From the human T2T-CHM13v2.0 reference genome, Homo sapiens, in the NCBI RefSeq assembly GCF_009914755.1, contig NC_060948.1: 64,000 nucleotides of DNA. One strand, written 5' to 3'. A program made the translations under genes and the position numbers. Positions 12,701 to 27,643 of the stretch are shown here, in pieces (position 1 is the stretch's first letter; each line of letters starts with the position of its first letter). The notes below the pieces were generated by a model. That model had not been told where the DNA came from. It did not search any database and saw only the letters and a list, made by a program, of their open reading frames with translations.

Positions 12701-13356
12701 GATTCGAATGGAATGAAAAAGAATTGAATGGAATAGAACAGAATGGAATCAAATCGAATGAAATGGAATGGAATAGAAAGGAATGGAATGAAATGCAATG
12801 GAAAGGATTCGAATGGAATGCAATCGAATGGAATGGAATCGAACGGAATGGAATGAAATGGAAGAAAACTGGCAAGAAATGGAATCGAAATGAATGGAGT
12901 GTTATGGAACGGACTCAAAAGGAATTGAATGTAACAGAATGGAGTGGAGTGGACTCGAATATAATGGACTGGAATGGAATGAAATCACATGGAATGGGAA
13001 CGAATGGAATGGAATGGAAAGGAATGGAATCGAATGGAAAGGAATCGAATGGAAGGGAATGAAATTGAATCAACAGGAATGGAAGGGAATAGAATAGACT
13101 GTAATGGAATGGACTCGAATAGAATGGACACGAATGCTCAAATTAAATGGACTCGAATGGAATGGAAACGAAAGGAATGTCATCGAATGGAATTGAATCG
13201 ATTGGAATGAAATCGCATAGAATGGAGTGGAATCAAATGGAATTGAATCGAAAGGAAAGGAAGCGAATGGACTGAAATGAAATGGAATGGAATTGAATGG
13301 AAAGTAATGCAATGGAATAGAATGGAACGAAATTTCACGGAATGGAATCAAACTGA
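9778..13356 (+). repeat. Unit 4, 3579 bp, type A
   Basis: Type A markers as in unit 2, plus acgtaacga and gattagtatg. Confidence 0.93.
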
Positions 13357-16300
13357 ATGGAATCAAATCAATGGAATCAAATCAAATGGAATGGAAAGGA
13401 ATTGAATGGAGTAGATGGGATTGGATGGGATTGGAATGAAATGTACTGGAAAGGACTCGAATTTCATGAAACGGAATGGAATGAATTGGAACGGAATGGA
13501 CTCGAATGGAATGGAATGTCATGGGATGGCATCAAATGTAATGGCATCAAATGGAATGGAATCGAATGCAATGGAATGCTATGGAATGGAATGGAATGCA
13601 TTGGAATGGAATGTCCTCTAATGGAATGGATTCGAGTGGAATGGAATTGAATATAATGGAGTCGAATGAAATGGAATTGAAAGGAATGGGATCGAATACA
13701 ATGGAATATACTGGAATGTAACGTAATGAACTCGAATGTAATTAACTGGAATGGAATGTACATGAATGGAATGTAATCGAATGGAAAGTAATCCAATGGA
13801 ATAGAATCTAATGCAATAAAATCGACTCAGATAGAGTAGAATGTAATGGAATGGAGTGCAGTGAAATGGAATGGAATGGAATGGAATGCAATGGAATGGA
13901 ATGGAATGGAATGGAATGGAATGGAATGGAATGGAATGGGATGGAATGGTATGGAATGGATAGTAATGGACTGGAGTGAAATGGACTGGAAAGGAATGGA
14001 CTCAAATTGAAAGGGCTCGAAAGGAATGGAGTCAAATGGAATGGTCTGGAATGGAATGAACACGAATGTAATGCAACCCAATAGAATGGAATCGAATGGC
14101 ATGGAATATAAAGAAATGGAATCGAAGAGAATGGAAACAAATGGAATGGAATTGAATGGAATGGGAACGAATGGAGTGAAATTGTATGCAGTAGAAGAGA
14201 ATAGAATGGAATGCAAGCGAAAGGAAAGGAATGGATTGGAATGGAATGGAATTCATTGGAATGGAAGGGAATGTAGTGTAATGGACAGGCCTGGAATAAA
14301 GTGGAATGCTACGGTCTCGAATGGAATAAAAATGTATGGAATGGAATGCAATGAAACGGAATCGAATGTCATAGAATGTAATGGAATGCAAAAAAATGGA
14401 ATCCAAAATCATTGACTGGAAAGGCTGGGTGTCGAAAGGAATTGACTCCAATGGAATGGAATCGAATGGAATGGAAGTGAATAGAATCGAACTAAATCGA
14501 ATGGAATGGAATTGATAGGAACGGAATGGAAAGGAATGCAATGATTTGCCATGGAATGGAATCGAATGGCATCGAATGGAAAGGAATGGAATGCAATGGA
14601 ATGGAATGTATTAGAATGTAATGAACTTTAATGGAATGTACTCGAATGGATTCGACTGGAATGGAAAGTTCTGGAAGTGAATGGACTCCAATGGAATGGA
14701 TTCAAAAGGAATGGAATCGTACGGAATGGAATCTAATGGAATGGAATTAAATGGAAATGAATCAAATTGAATAGCACGGAATTGAATTGAATGGAATCGA
14801 ATGCAATGGAATCTAATGAAACGGAAAGGAAAGGAATGGAATGGAATGGAATGGGCTGGAATGGAAAGGAATCGAAACGAATGGAATGGAATCGAACTGA
14901 AGAGACTGGAATGGAATGCACTGGAATGGAAGGGAGTGTAATGGAAGGTTCTCGAAAAAAATGGAATCGAATGGAATGGAATTGAATGGAACGGAATGGA
15001 GTTGAATGGAATTGAATGGAATGGAATGGACTAGAGTGAAATGGAAACGAACCACAAGGAATGGACAGGAATAGAATGGTCTCGAATTGAATGGAATCGT
15101 ATGGAATGGCATCAAACGGAATGGAATGGACAGCCACGGAATGGAATGCACTCGAATGCAATGGAGTCGAAACTAACGGACTGGAATAGAATGGACTCGA
15201 CTGGTACGGACTCCAATGGAATGGAATCGAATGGAAGGGAATCGAACGGAAGGGAATCGAACGGAATGGACTCGAAGGGAAAAGACTGCAATGGAAAGGT
15301 CTCGAATGGAATGGAAATTAATGGAATGGAATGGAGTCGAATGAAATGGAGTCAAAAGGAATGGAATCGAATGGCAAGAAATCGAATGTAATGGAATCGC
15401 AAGGAATTGATGTGAACGGAACGGAATGGAATGGAATCCAAAGGAATGGAATAGAATGGAATGGAATCGAATGGAAAGGACTCGAATGGAAATCACTCGA
15501 ATAGAATGCAATTTAATAAAATAGGATCAAATGTAATGGAATGGAATGGAAAGGAATCGAAACGAAAGGAATGGAGACAGATGGAATGGAATGGAACAGA
15601 GAGCAATGGTATAGAATGGAATGGAATCATCTGGAATGGAATTGAATGGAATGGAATAATATGAAATGGAATGGAATGGAATGGAATGGAATGCCCTTGA
15701 ATTAAATGGACTGGAATGGAATGGACTCAAACAGAGTGGAATGGAAAGTGTGGAGATAGAATGGAATGAACTCCTTTGGAATGGTCTAGTGGGCAATGCA
15801 ATCGACTGGCAGGGAATCAAAAGGAATGTAATCGAATGGATTGGACTGGAATGCAATGGACTCGAATAGATTGGAAACGGAATGCAAAGAATGGAATGGA
15901 ATAGTATGGAATGGAATGGAAAGGAATGGAGTGGAACAGACTAGAGTGGAATGGAATGGACTGGAAAGCAATGGACTGGAATGGAACTTTCTTGAATGGA
16001 CTGGAATCAAACGGAATGGAATGCAATGCAATCAAATGGCATGGAATAAAATAGAATGAAAGAGAATCAAATGGAATTGAATCGAATGGAATCGAATGGA
16101 TTGGAAAGGAATAGAATGGAATGGAATGGAATTGACTCAAATGGAATGGACTAGAATGGAATGGATTCGAATGGAAGGCAAAGGAATGGAATCTATTGGA
16201 ATGGACTGTAATGGAATGGAATGGAAGGGATTGGAATGGACTCGAATGGAATGGACTGCAATAGAAAGGATTCGAATGGAATGAAAAAGAATTGAATGGA

Positions 16301-16924
16301 ATAGAACAGAATGGAATCAAATCGAATGAAATGGAATGGAATAGAAAGGAATGGAATGAAATGGAATGGAAAGGATTCGAATGGAATGCAATCGAATGGA
16401 ATGGAATCGAACGGAATGGAATAAAATGGAAGAAAACTGGCAAGAAATGGAATCGAAATGAATGGAGTGTTATGGAACGGACTCAAAAGGAATTGAATGT
16501 AATAGAATAGAGTGGAGTGGACTCGAATATAATGGACTGGAATGGAATGAAATCACATGGAATGGGAACGAATGGAATGGAATGGAAAGGAATGGAATCG
16601 AATGGAAAGGAATCGAATGGAAGGGAATGAAATTGAATCAACAGGAATGGAAGGGAATAGAATAGACGGTAATGGAATGGACTCGAATAGAATGGACACG
16701 AATGCTCAAATTAAATGGACTCGAATGGAATGGAAACGAAAGGAATGTCATCGAATGGAATTGAATCGATTGGAATGAAATCGCATAGAATGGAGTGGAA
16801 TCAAATGGAATTGAATCGAAAGGAAAGGAAGCGAATGGACTGAAATGAAATGGAATGGAATTGAATGGAAAGTAATGCAATGGAATAGAATGGAACGAAA
16901 TTTCACGGAATGGAATCAAACTGA
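13357..16924 (+). repeat. Unit 5, 3568 bp, type B
   Basis: Type B markers; shares aatagagtgg with unit 3. Confidence 0.93.
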
Positions 16925-19900
16925 ATGGAATCAAATCAATGGAATCAAATCAAATGGAATGGAAAGGAATTGAATGGAGTAGATGGGATTGGATGGGATT
17001 GGAATGAAATGTACTGGAAAGGACTCGAATTTCATGAAACGGAATGGAATGAATTGGAACGGAATGGACTCGAATGGAATGGAATGTCATGGGATGGCAT
17101 CAAATGGAATGGCATCAAATGGAATGGAATCGAATGCAATGGAATGCTATGGAATGGAATGGAATGCATTGGAATGGAATGTCCTCTAATGGAATGGATT
17201 CGAGTGGAATGGAATTGAATATAATGGAGTCGAATGAAATGGAATTGAAAGGAATGGGATCGAATACAATGGAATATACTGGAATGTAACGTAACGAACT
17301 CGAATGTAATTAACTGGAATGGAATGTACATGAATGGAATGTAATCGAATGGAAAGTAATCCAATGGAATAGAATCTAATGCAATAAAATCGACTCAGAT
17401 AGAGTAGAATGTAATGGAATGGAGTGCAGTGCAATGGAATGGAATGGAATGGAATGCAATGGAATGGAATGGAATGGAATGGAATGGAATGGAATGGAAT
17501 GGGATGGAATGGTATGGAATGGATAGTAATGGACTGGAGTGAAATGGACTGGAAAGGAATGGACTCAAATTGAAAGGGCTCGAAAGGAATGGAGTCAAAT
17601 GGAATGGTCTGGAATGGAATGAACACGAATGTAATGCAACCCAATAGAATGGAATCGAATGGCATGGAATATAAAGAAATGGAATCGAAGAGAATGGAAA
17701 CAAATGGAATGGAATTGAATGGAATGGAATTGAATGGAATGGGAACGAATGGAGGGAAATTGTATGCAGTAGAAGAGAATAGAATGGAATGCAAGCGAAA
17801 GGAAAGGAATGGATTGGAATGGAATGGAATTCATTGGAATGGAAGGGAATGTAGTGTAATGGACAGGCCTGGAATAAAGTGGAATGCTACGGTCTCGAAT
17901 GGAATAAAAATACATGGAATGGAATGCAATGAAACGGAATCGAATGTCATAGAATGTAATGGAATGCAAAAAAATGGAATCCAAAATCATTGACTGGAAA
18001 GTCTGGGAGTCGAAAGGAATTGACTCCAATGGAATGGAATCGAATGGAATGGAAGTGAATAGAATCGAACTAAATCGAATGGAATGGAATTGATAGGAAC
18101 GGAATGGAAAGGAATGCAATGATTTGGCATGGAATGGAATCGAATGGCATCGAATGGAATGGAATGGAATGCAATGGAATGGAATGTATTAGAATGTAAT
18201 GAACTTTAATGGAATGTACTCGAATGGATTCGACTGGAATGGAATGTTCTGGAAGTGAATGGACTCCAATGGAATGGATTCAAAAGGAATGGAATCGTAC
18301 GGAATGGAATCTAATGGAATGGAATTAAATGGAAATGAATCAAATTGAATAGCACGGAATTAAATTGAATGGAATCGAATGCAATGGAATCTAATGAAAC
18401 GGAAAGGAAAGGAATGCAATGGAATGGAATGGGCTGGAATGGAAAGGAATCGAAACGAATGGAATGGAATCGAACTGAAGAGACTGGAATGGAATGCACT
18501 GGAATGGAAGGGAGTGTAATGGAAGGTTCTCGAAAAAAATGGAATCGAATGGAATGGAATTGAATGGAACGGAATAGAGTCGAATGGAATTGAATGGAAT
18601 GGAATGGACTAGAGTGAAATGGAATCGAACCACAAGGAATGGACAGGAATAGAATGGTCTCGAATTGAATGGAATCGTATGGAATGGCATCAAACGGAAT
18701 GGAATGGACAGCCACGGAATGGAATGCACTCGAATGCAATGGAGTCGAAACTAATGGACTGGAATAGAATGGACTCGACTGGTACGGACTCCAATGGAAT
18801 GGAATCGAATGGAAGGGAATCGAACGGAAGGGAATCGAACGGAATGGACTCGAAGGGAAAAGACTGCAATGGAAAGGTCTCGAATGGAATGGAAATTAAT
18901 GGAATGGAATGGAATCGAATGAAATGGAGTCAAAAGGAATCGAATCGAATGGCAAGAAATCGAATGTAATGGAATCGCCAGGAATTGATGTGAACGGAAC
19001 GGAATGGAATGGAATCCAAAGGAATGGAATAGAATGGAATGGAATCGAATGGAAAGGACTCGAATGGAAATCACTCGAACAGAATGCAATTTAATAAAAT
19101 AGGATCAAATGTAATGGAATGGAATGGAAAGGAATCGAAACGAAAGGAATGGAGACAGATGGAATGGAATGGAACAGAGAGCAATGGTATAGAATGGAAT
19201 GGAATCATCTGGAATGGAATTGAATGGAATGGAATAATATGAAATGGAATGGAATGGAATGGAATGGAATGCCCTTGAATTAAATGGACTGGAATGGAAT
19301 GGACTCAAACAGAGTGGAATGGAAAGTGTGGAGATAGAATGGAATGAACTCCTTTGGAATGGTGTAGTATGCAATGCAATAGACTGGCAGGGAATCAAAA
19401 GGAATGTAATCGAATGGATTGGACTGGAATGCAATGGACTCGAATAGATTGGAAACGGAATGCAAAGGAATGGAATGGATTAGTATGGAATGCAATGGAA
19501 GGGAATGGAGTGGAATAGACTAGAGTGGAATGGAATGGACTGGAAAGCAATGCACTGGAATGGAACTTTCTTGGATGGACTGGAATCAAACGGAATGGAA
19601 TGCAATGCAATCAAATGGCATGGAATAAAATTGAATGAAAGAGAATCAAATGGAATTGAATCGAATGGAATCGAATGGATTGGAAAGGAATAGAATGGAA
19701 TGGAATGGAATTGACTCAAATGGAATGGACTAGAATGGAATGGATTCGAATGGAAGGCAAAGGAATGGAATCTATTGGAATGGACTGTAATGGAATGGAA
19801 TGGAAGGGATTGGAATGGACTCGAATGGAATGGACTGCAATAGAAAGGATTCGAATGGAATGAAAAAGAATTGAATGGAATAGAACAGAATGGAATCAAA

Positions 19901-20503
19901 TCGAATGAAATGGAATGGAATAGAAAGGAATGGAATGAAATGCAATGGAAAGGATTCGAATGGAATGCAATCGAATGGAATGGAATCGAACGGAATGGAA
20001 TGAAATGGAAGAAAACTGGCAAGAAATGGAATCGAAATGAATGGAGTGTTATGGAACGGACTCAAAAGGAATTGAATGTAACAGAATGGAGTGGAGTGGA
20101 CTCGAATATAATGGACTGGAATGGAATGAAATCACATGGAATGGGAACGAATGGAATGGAATGGAAAGGAATGGAATCGAATGGAAAGGAATCGAATGGA
20201 AGGGAATGAAATTGAATCAACAGGAATGGAAGGGAATAGAATAGACTGTAATGGAATGGACTCGAATAGAATGGACACGAATGCTCAAATTAAATGGACT
20301 CGAATGGAATGGAAACGAAAGGAATGTCATCGAATGGAATTGAATCGATTGGAATGAAATCGCATAGAATGGAGTGGAATCAAATGGAATTGAATCGAAA
20401 GGAAAGGAAGCGAATGGACTGAAATGAAATGGAATGGAATTGAATGGAAAGTAATGCAATGGAATAGAATGGAACGAAATTTCACGGAATGGAATCAAAC
20501 TGA
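16925..20503 (+). repeat. Unit 6, 3579 bp, type A
   Basis: Near copy of unit 4 at +7147. Confidence 0.93.
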
Positions 20504-23500
20504 ATGGAATCAAATCAATGGAATCAAATCAAATGGAATGGAAAGGAATTGAATGGAGTAGATGGGATTGGATGGGATTGGAATGAAATGTACTGGAAAG
20601 GACTCGAATTTCATGAAACGGAATGGAATGAATTGGAACGGAATGGACTCGAATGGAATGGAATGTCATGGGATGGCATCAAATGTAATGGCATCAAATG
20701 GAATGGAATCGAATGCAATGGAATGCTATGGAATGGAATGGAATGCATTGGAATGGAATGTCCTCTAATGGAATGGATTCGAGTGGAATGGAATTGAATA
20801 TAATGGAGTCGAATGAAATGGAATTGAAAGGAATGGGATCGAATACAATGGAATATACTGGAATGTAACGTAATGAACTCGAATGTAATTGACTGGAATG
20901 GAATGTACATGAATGGAATGTAATCGAATGGAAAGTAATCCAATGGAATAGAATCTAATGCAATAAAATCGACTCAGATAGAGTAGAATGTAATGGAATG
21001 GAGTGCAGTGAAATGGAATGGAATGGAATGGAATGCAATGGAATGGAATGGAATGGAATGGAATGGAATGGAATGGAATGGAATGGGATGGAATGGTATG
21101 GAATGGATAGTAATGGACTGGAGTGAAATGGACTGGAAAGGAATGGACTCAAATTGAAAGGGCTCGAAAGGAATGGAGTCAAATGGAATGGTCTGGAATG
21201 GAATGAACACGAATGTAATGCAACCCAATAGAATGGAATCGAATGGCATGGAATATAAAGAAATGGAATCGAAGAGAATGGAAACAAATGGAATGGAATT
21301 GAATGGAATGGGAACGAATGGAGTGAAATTGTATGCAGTAGAAGAGAATAGAATGGAATGCAAGCGAAAGGAAAGGAATGGATTGGAATGGAATGGAATT
21401 CATTGGAATGGAAGGGAATGTAGTGTAATGGACAGGCCTGGAATAAAGTGGAATGCTACGGTCTCGAATGGAATAAAAATGTATGGAATGGAATGCAATG
21501 AAACGGAATCGAATGTCATAGAATGTAATGGAATGCAAAAAAATGGAATCCAAAATCATTGACTGGAAAGGCTGGGTGTCGAAAGGAATTGACTCCAATG
21601 GAATGGAATCGAATGGAATGGAAGTGAATAGAATCGAACTAAATCGAATGGAATGGAATTGATAGGAACGGAATGGAAAGGAATGCAATGATTTGCCATG
21701 GAATGGAATCGAATGGCATCGAATGGAATGGAATGGAATGCAATGGAATGGAATGTATTAGAATGTAATGAACTTTAATGGAATGTACTCGAATGGATTC
21801 GACTGGAATGGAAAGTTCTGGAAGTGAATGGACTCCAATGGAATGGATTCAAAAGGAATGGAATCGTACGGAATGGAATCTAATGGAATGGAATTAAATG
21901 GAAATGAATCAAATTGAATAGCACGGAATTGAATTGAATGGAATGGAATGCAATGGAATCTAATGAAACGGAAAGGAAAGGAATGGAATGGAATGGAATG
22001 GAATGGGCTGGAATGGAAAGGAATCGAAACGAATGGAATGGAATCGAACTGAAGAGACTGGAATGGAATGCACTGGAATGGAAGGGAGTGTAATGGAAGG
22101 TTCTCGAAAAAAATGGAATCGAATGGAATGGAATTGAATGGAACGGAATGGAGTTGAATGGAATTGAATGGAATGGAATGGACTAGAGTGAAATGGAAAC
22201 GAACCACAAGGAATGGACAGGAATAGAATGGTCTCGAATTGAATGGAATCGTATGGAATGGCATCAAACGGAATGGAATGGACAGCCACGGAATGGAATG
22301 CACTCGAATGCAATGGAGTCGAAACTAACGGACTGGAATAGAATGGACTCGACTGGTACGGACTCCAATGGAATGGAATCGAATGGAAGGGAATCGAACG
22401 GAAGGGAATCGAACGGAATGGACTCGAAGGGAAAAGACTGCAATGGAAAGGTCTCGAATGGAATGGAAATTAATGGAATGGAATGGAGTCGAATGAAATG
22501 GAGTCAAAAGGAATGGAATCGAATGGCAAGAAATCGAATGTAATGGAATCGCAAGGAATTGATGTGAACGGAACGGAATGGAATGGAATCCAAAGGAATG
22601 GAATAGAATGGAATGGAATCGAATGGAAAGGACTCGAATGGAAATCACTCGAATAGAATGCAATTTAATAAAGTAGGATCAAATGTAATGGAATGGAATG
22701 GAAAGGAATCGAAACGAAAGGAATGGAGACAGATGGAATGGAATGGAACAGAGAGCAATGGTATAGAATGGAATGGAATCATCTGGAATGGAATTGAATG
22801 GAATGGAATAATATGAAATGGAATGGAATGGAATGGAATGGAATGCCCTTGAATTAAATGGACTGGAATGGAATGGACTCAAACAGAGTGGAATGGAAAG
22901 TGTGGAGATAGAATGGAATGAACTCCTTGGAATGGTCTAGTGGGCAATGCAATCGACTGGCAGGGAATCAAAAGGAATGTAATCGAATGGATTGGACTGG
23001 AATGCAATGGACTCGAATAGATTGGAAACGGAATGCAAAGAATGGAATGGAATAGTATGGAATGGAATGGAAAGGAATGGAGTGGAACAGACTAGAGTGG
23101 AATGGAATGGACTGGAAAGCAATGGACTGGAATGGAACTTTCTTGAATGGACTGGAATCAAACGGAATGGAATGCAATGCAATCAAATGGCATGGAATAA
23201 AATAGAATGAAAGAGAATCAAATGGAATTGAATCGAATGGAATCGAATGGATTGGAAAGGAATAGAATGGAATGGAATGGAATTGACTCAAATGGAATGG
23301 ACTAGAATGGAATGGATTCGAATGGAAGGCAAAGGAATGGAATCTATTGGAATGGACTGTAATGGAATGGAATGGAAGGGATTGGAATGGACTCGAATGG
23401 AATGGACTGCAATAGAAAGGATTCGAATGGAATGAAAAAGAATTGAATGGAATAGAACAGAATGGAATCAAATCGAATGAAATGGAATGGAATAGAAAGG

Positions 23501-24075
23501 AATGGAATGAAATGGAATGGAAAGGATTCGAATGGAATGCAATCGAATGGAATGGAATCGAACGGAATGGAATAAAATGGAAGAAAACTGGCAAGAAATG
23601 GAATCGAAATGAATGGAGTGTTATGGAACGGACTCAAAAGGAATTGAATGTAATAGAATGGAGTGGAGTGGACTCGAATATAATGGACTGGAATGGAATG
23701 AAATCACATGGAATGGGAACGAATGGAATGGAATGGAAAGGAATGGAATCGAATGGAAAGGAATCGAATGGAAGGGAATGAAATTGAATCAACAGGAATG
23801 GAAGGGAATAGAATAGACTGTAATGGAATGGACTCGAATAGAATGGACACGAATGCTCAAATTAAATGGACTCGAATGGAATGGAAACGAAAGGAATGTC
23901 ATCGAATGGAATTGAATCGATTGGAATGAAATCGCATAGAATGGAGTGGAATCAAATGGAATTGAATCGAAAGGAAAGGAAGCGAATGGACTGAAATGAA
24001 ATGGAATGGAATTGAATGGAAAGTAATGCAATGGAATAGAATGGAACGAAATTTCACGGAATGGAATCAAACTGA
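20504..24075 (+). repeat. Unit 7, 3572 bp, type B
   Basis: Type B markers; extra pentamer near 21990; private 1 bp deletion aactccttgg near 22927. Confidence 0.92.
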
Positions 24076-27000
24076 ATGGAATCAAATCAATGGAATCAAA
24101 TCAAATGGAATGGAAAGGAATTGAATGGAGTAGATGGGATTGGATGGGATTGGAATGAAATGTACTGGAAAGGACTCGAATTTCATGAAACGGAATGGAA
24201 TGAATTGGAACGGAATGGACTCGAATGGAATGGAATGTCATGGGATGGCATCAAATGGAATGGCATCAAATGGAATGGAATCGAATGCAATGGAATGCTA
24301 TGGAATGGAATGGAATGCATTGGAATGGAATGTCCTCTAATGGAATGGATTCGAGTGGAATGGAATTGAATATAATGGAGTCGAATGAAATGGAATTGAA
24401 AGGAATGGGATCGAATACAATGGAATATACTGGAATGTAACGTAATGAACTCGAATGTAATTGACTGGAATGGAATGTACATGAATGGAATGTAATCGAA
24501 TGGAAAGTAATCCAATGGAATAGAATCTAATGCAATAAAACCGACTCAGATAGAGTAGAATGTAATGGAATGGAGTGCAGTGCAATGGAATGGAATGGAA
24601 TGGAATGCAATGGAATGGAATGGAATGGAATGGAATGGAATGGAACGGAATGGAATGGGATGGAATGGTATGGAATGGATAGTAATGGACTGGAGTGAAA
24701 TGGACTGGAAAGGAATGGACTCAAATTGAAAGGGCTCGAAAGGAATGGAGTCAAATGGAATGGTCTGGAATGGAATGAACACGAATGTAATGCAACCCAA
24801 TAGAATGGAATCGAATGGCATGGAATATAAAGAAATGGAATCGAAGAGAATGGAAACAAATGGAATGGAATTGAATGGAATGGGAACGAATGGAGTGAAA
24901 TTGTATGCAGTAGAAGAGAATAGAATGGAATGCAAGCGAAAGGAAAGGAATGCATTGGAATGGAATGGAATTCATTGGAATGGATGGGAATGTAGTGTAA
25001 TGGACAGGCCTGGAATAAAGTGGAATGCTACGGTCTCGAATGGAATAAAAATGTATGGAATGGAATGCAATGAAACGGAATCGAATGTCATAGAATGTAA
25101 TGGAATGCAAAAAAATGGAATCCAAAATCATTGACTGGAAAGGCTGGGTGTCGAAAGGAATTGACTCCAATGGAATGGAATCGAATGGAATGGAAGTGAA
25201 TAGAATCGAACTAAATCGAATGGAATGGAATTGATAGGAACGGAATGGGAAGGAATGCAATGATTTGGCATGGAATGGAATCGAATGGCATCGAATGGAA
25301 TGGAATGGAATGCAATGGAATGGAATGTATTAGAATGTAATGAACTTTAATGGAATGTACTTGAATGGATTCGACTGGAATGGAATGTTCTGGAAGTGAA
25401 TGGACTCCAATGGAATGGATTCCAAAGGAATGGAATCGTACGGAATGGAATCTAATGGAATGGAATTAAATGGAAATGAATCAAATTGAATAGCACGGAA
25501 TTGAATTGAATGGAATCGAATGCAATGGAATCTAATGAAACGGAAAGGAAAGGAATGGAATGGAATGGGCTGGAATGGAAAGGAATCGAAACGAATGGAA
25601 TGGAATCGAACTGAAGAGACTGGAATGGAATGCACTGGAATGGAAGGGAGTGTAATGGAAGGTTCTCGAAAAAAATGGAATCGAATGGAATGGAATTGAA
25701 TGGAACGGAATAGAGTCGAATGGAATTGAATGGAATGGAATGGACTAGAGTGAAATGGAATCGAACCACAAGGAATGGACAGGAATAGAATGGTCTCGAA
25801 TTGAATGGAATCGTATGGAATGGCATCAAACGGAATGGAATGGACAGCCACGGAATGGAATGCACTCGAATGCAATGGAGTCGAAACTAACGGACTGGAA
25901 TAGAATGGACTCGACTGGTACGGACTCCAATGGAATGGAATCGAATGGAAGGGAATCGAACGGAAGGGAATCGAACGGAATGGACTCGAAGGGAAAAGAC
26001 TGCAATGGAAAGGTCTCGAATGGAATGGAAATTAATGGAATGGAATGGAGTCGAATGAAATGGAGTCAAAAGGAATGGAATCGAATGGCAAGAAATCGAA
26101 TGTAATGGAATCGCAAGGAATTGATGTGAACGGAACGGAATGGAATGGAATCCAAAGGAATGGAATAGAATGGAATGGAATCGAATGGAAAGGACTCGAA
26201 TGGAAATCACTCGAATAGAATGCAATTTAATAAAATAGGATCAAATGTAATGGAATGGAATGGAAAGGAATCGAAACGAAAGGAATGGAGACAGATGGAA
26301 TGGAATGGAACAGAGAGCAATGGTATAGAATGGAATGGAATCATCTGGAATGGAATTGAATGGAATGGAATAATATGAAATGGAATGGAATGGAATGGAA
26401 TGGAATGGAATGCCCTTGAATTAAATGGACTGGAATGGAATGGACTCAAACAGAGTGGAATGGAAAGTGTGGAGATAGAATGGAATGAACTCCTTTGGAA
26501 TGGTCTAGTAGGCAATGCAATCGACTGGCAGGGAAACAAAAGGAATGTAATCGAATGGATTGGACTGGAATGCAATGGACTCGAATAGATTGGAAACGGA
26601 ATGCAAAGAATGGAATGGAATAGTATGGAATGGAATGGAAAGGAATGGAGTGGCACAGACTAGAGTGGAATGGAATGGACTGGAAAGCAATGGACTGGAA
26701 TGGAACTTTCTTGAATGGACTGGAATCAAACGGAATGGAATGCAATGCAATCAAATGGCATGGAATAAAATAGAATGAAAGAGAATCAAATGGAATTGAA
26801 TCGAATGGAATCGAATGGATTGGAAAGGAATAGAATGGAATGGAATGGAATTGACTCAAATGGAATGGACTAGAATGGAATGGATTCGAATGGAAGGCAA
26901 AGGAATGGAATCTATTGGAATGGACTGTAATGGAATGGAATGGAAGGGATTGGAATGGACTCGAATGGAATGGACTGCAATAGAAAGGATTCGAATGGAA

Positions 27001-27643
27001 TGAAAAAGAATTGAATGGAATAGAACAGAATGGAATCAAATCGAATGAAATGGAATGGAATAGAAAGGAATGGAATGAAATGGAATGGAAAGGATTCGAA
27101 TGGAATGCAATCGAATGGAATGGAATCGAACGGAATGGAATAAAATGGAAGAAAACTGGCAAGAAATGGAATCGAAATGAATGGAGTGTTATGGAACGGA
27201 CTCAAAAGGAATTGAATGTAATAGAATGGAGTGGAGTGGACTCGAATATAATGGACTGGAATGGAATGAAATCACATGGAATGGGAACGAATGGAATGGA
27301 ATGGAAAGGAATGGAATCGAATGGAAAGGAATCGAATGGAAGGGAATGAAATTGAATCAACAGGAATGGAAGGGAATAGAATAGACGGTAATGGAATGGA
27401 CTCGAATAGAATGGACACGAATGCTCAAATTAAATGGACTCGAATGGAATGGAAACGAAAGGAATGTCATCGAATGGAATTGAATCGATTGGAATGAAAT
27501 CGCATAGAATGGAGTGGAATCAAATGGAATTGAATCGAAAGGAAAGGAAGCGAATGGACTGAAATGAAATGGAATGGAATTGAATGGAAAGTAATGCAAT
27601 GGAATAGAATGGAACGAAATTTCACGGAATGGAATCAAACTGA
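24076..27643 (+). repeat. Unit 8, 3568 bp, B-like variant (B')
   Basis: ctaacgg, gcaaagaatgg, tagtaggc, GGAAC inside the pure tract, gattccaaag. Confidence 0.92.
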
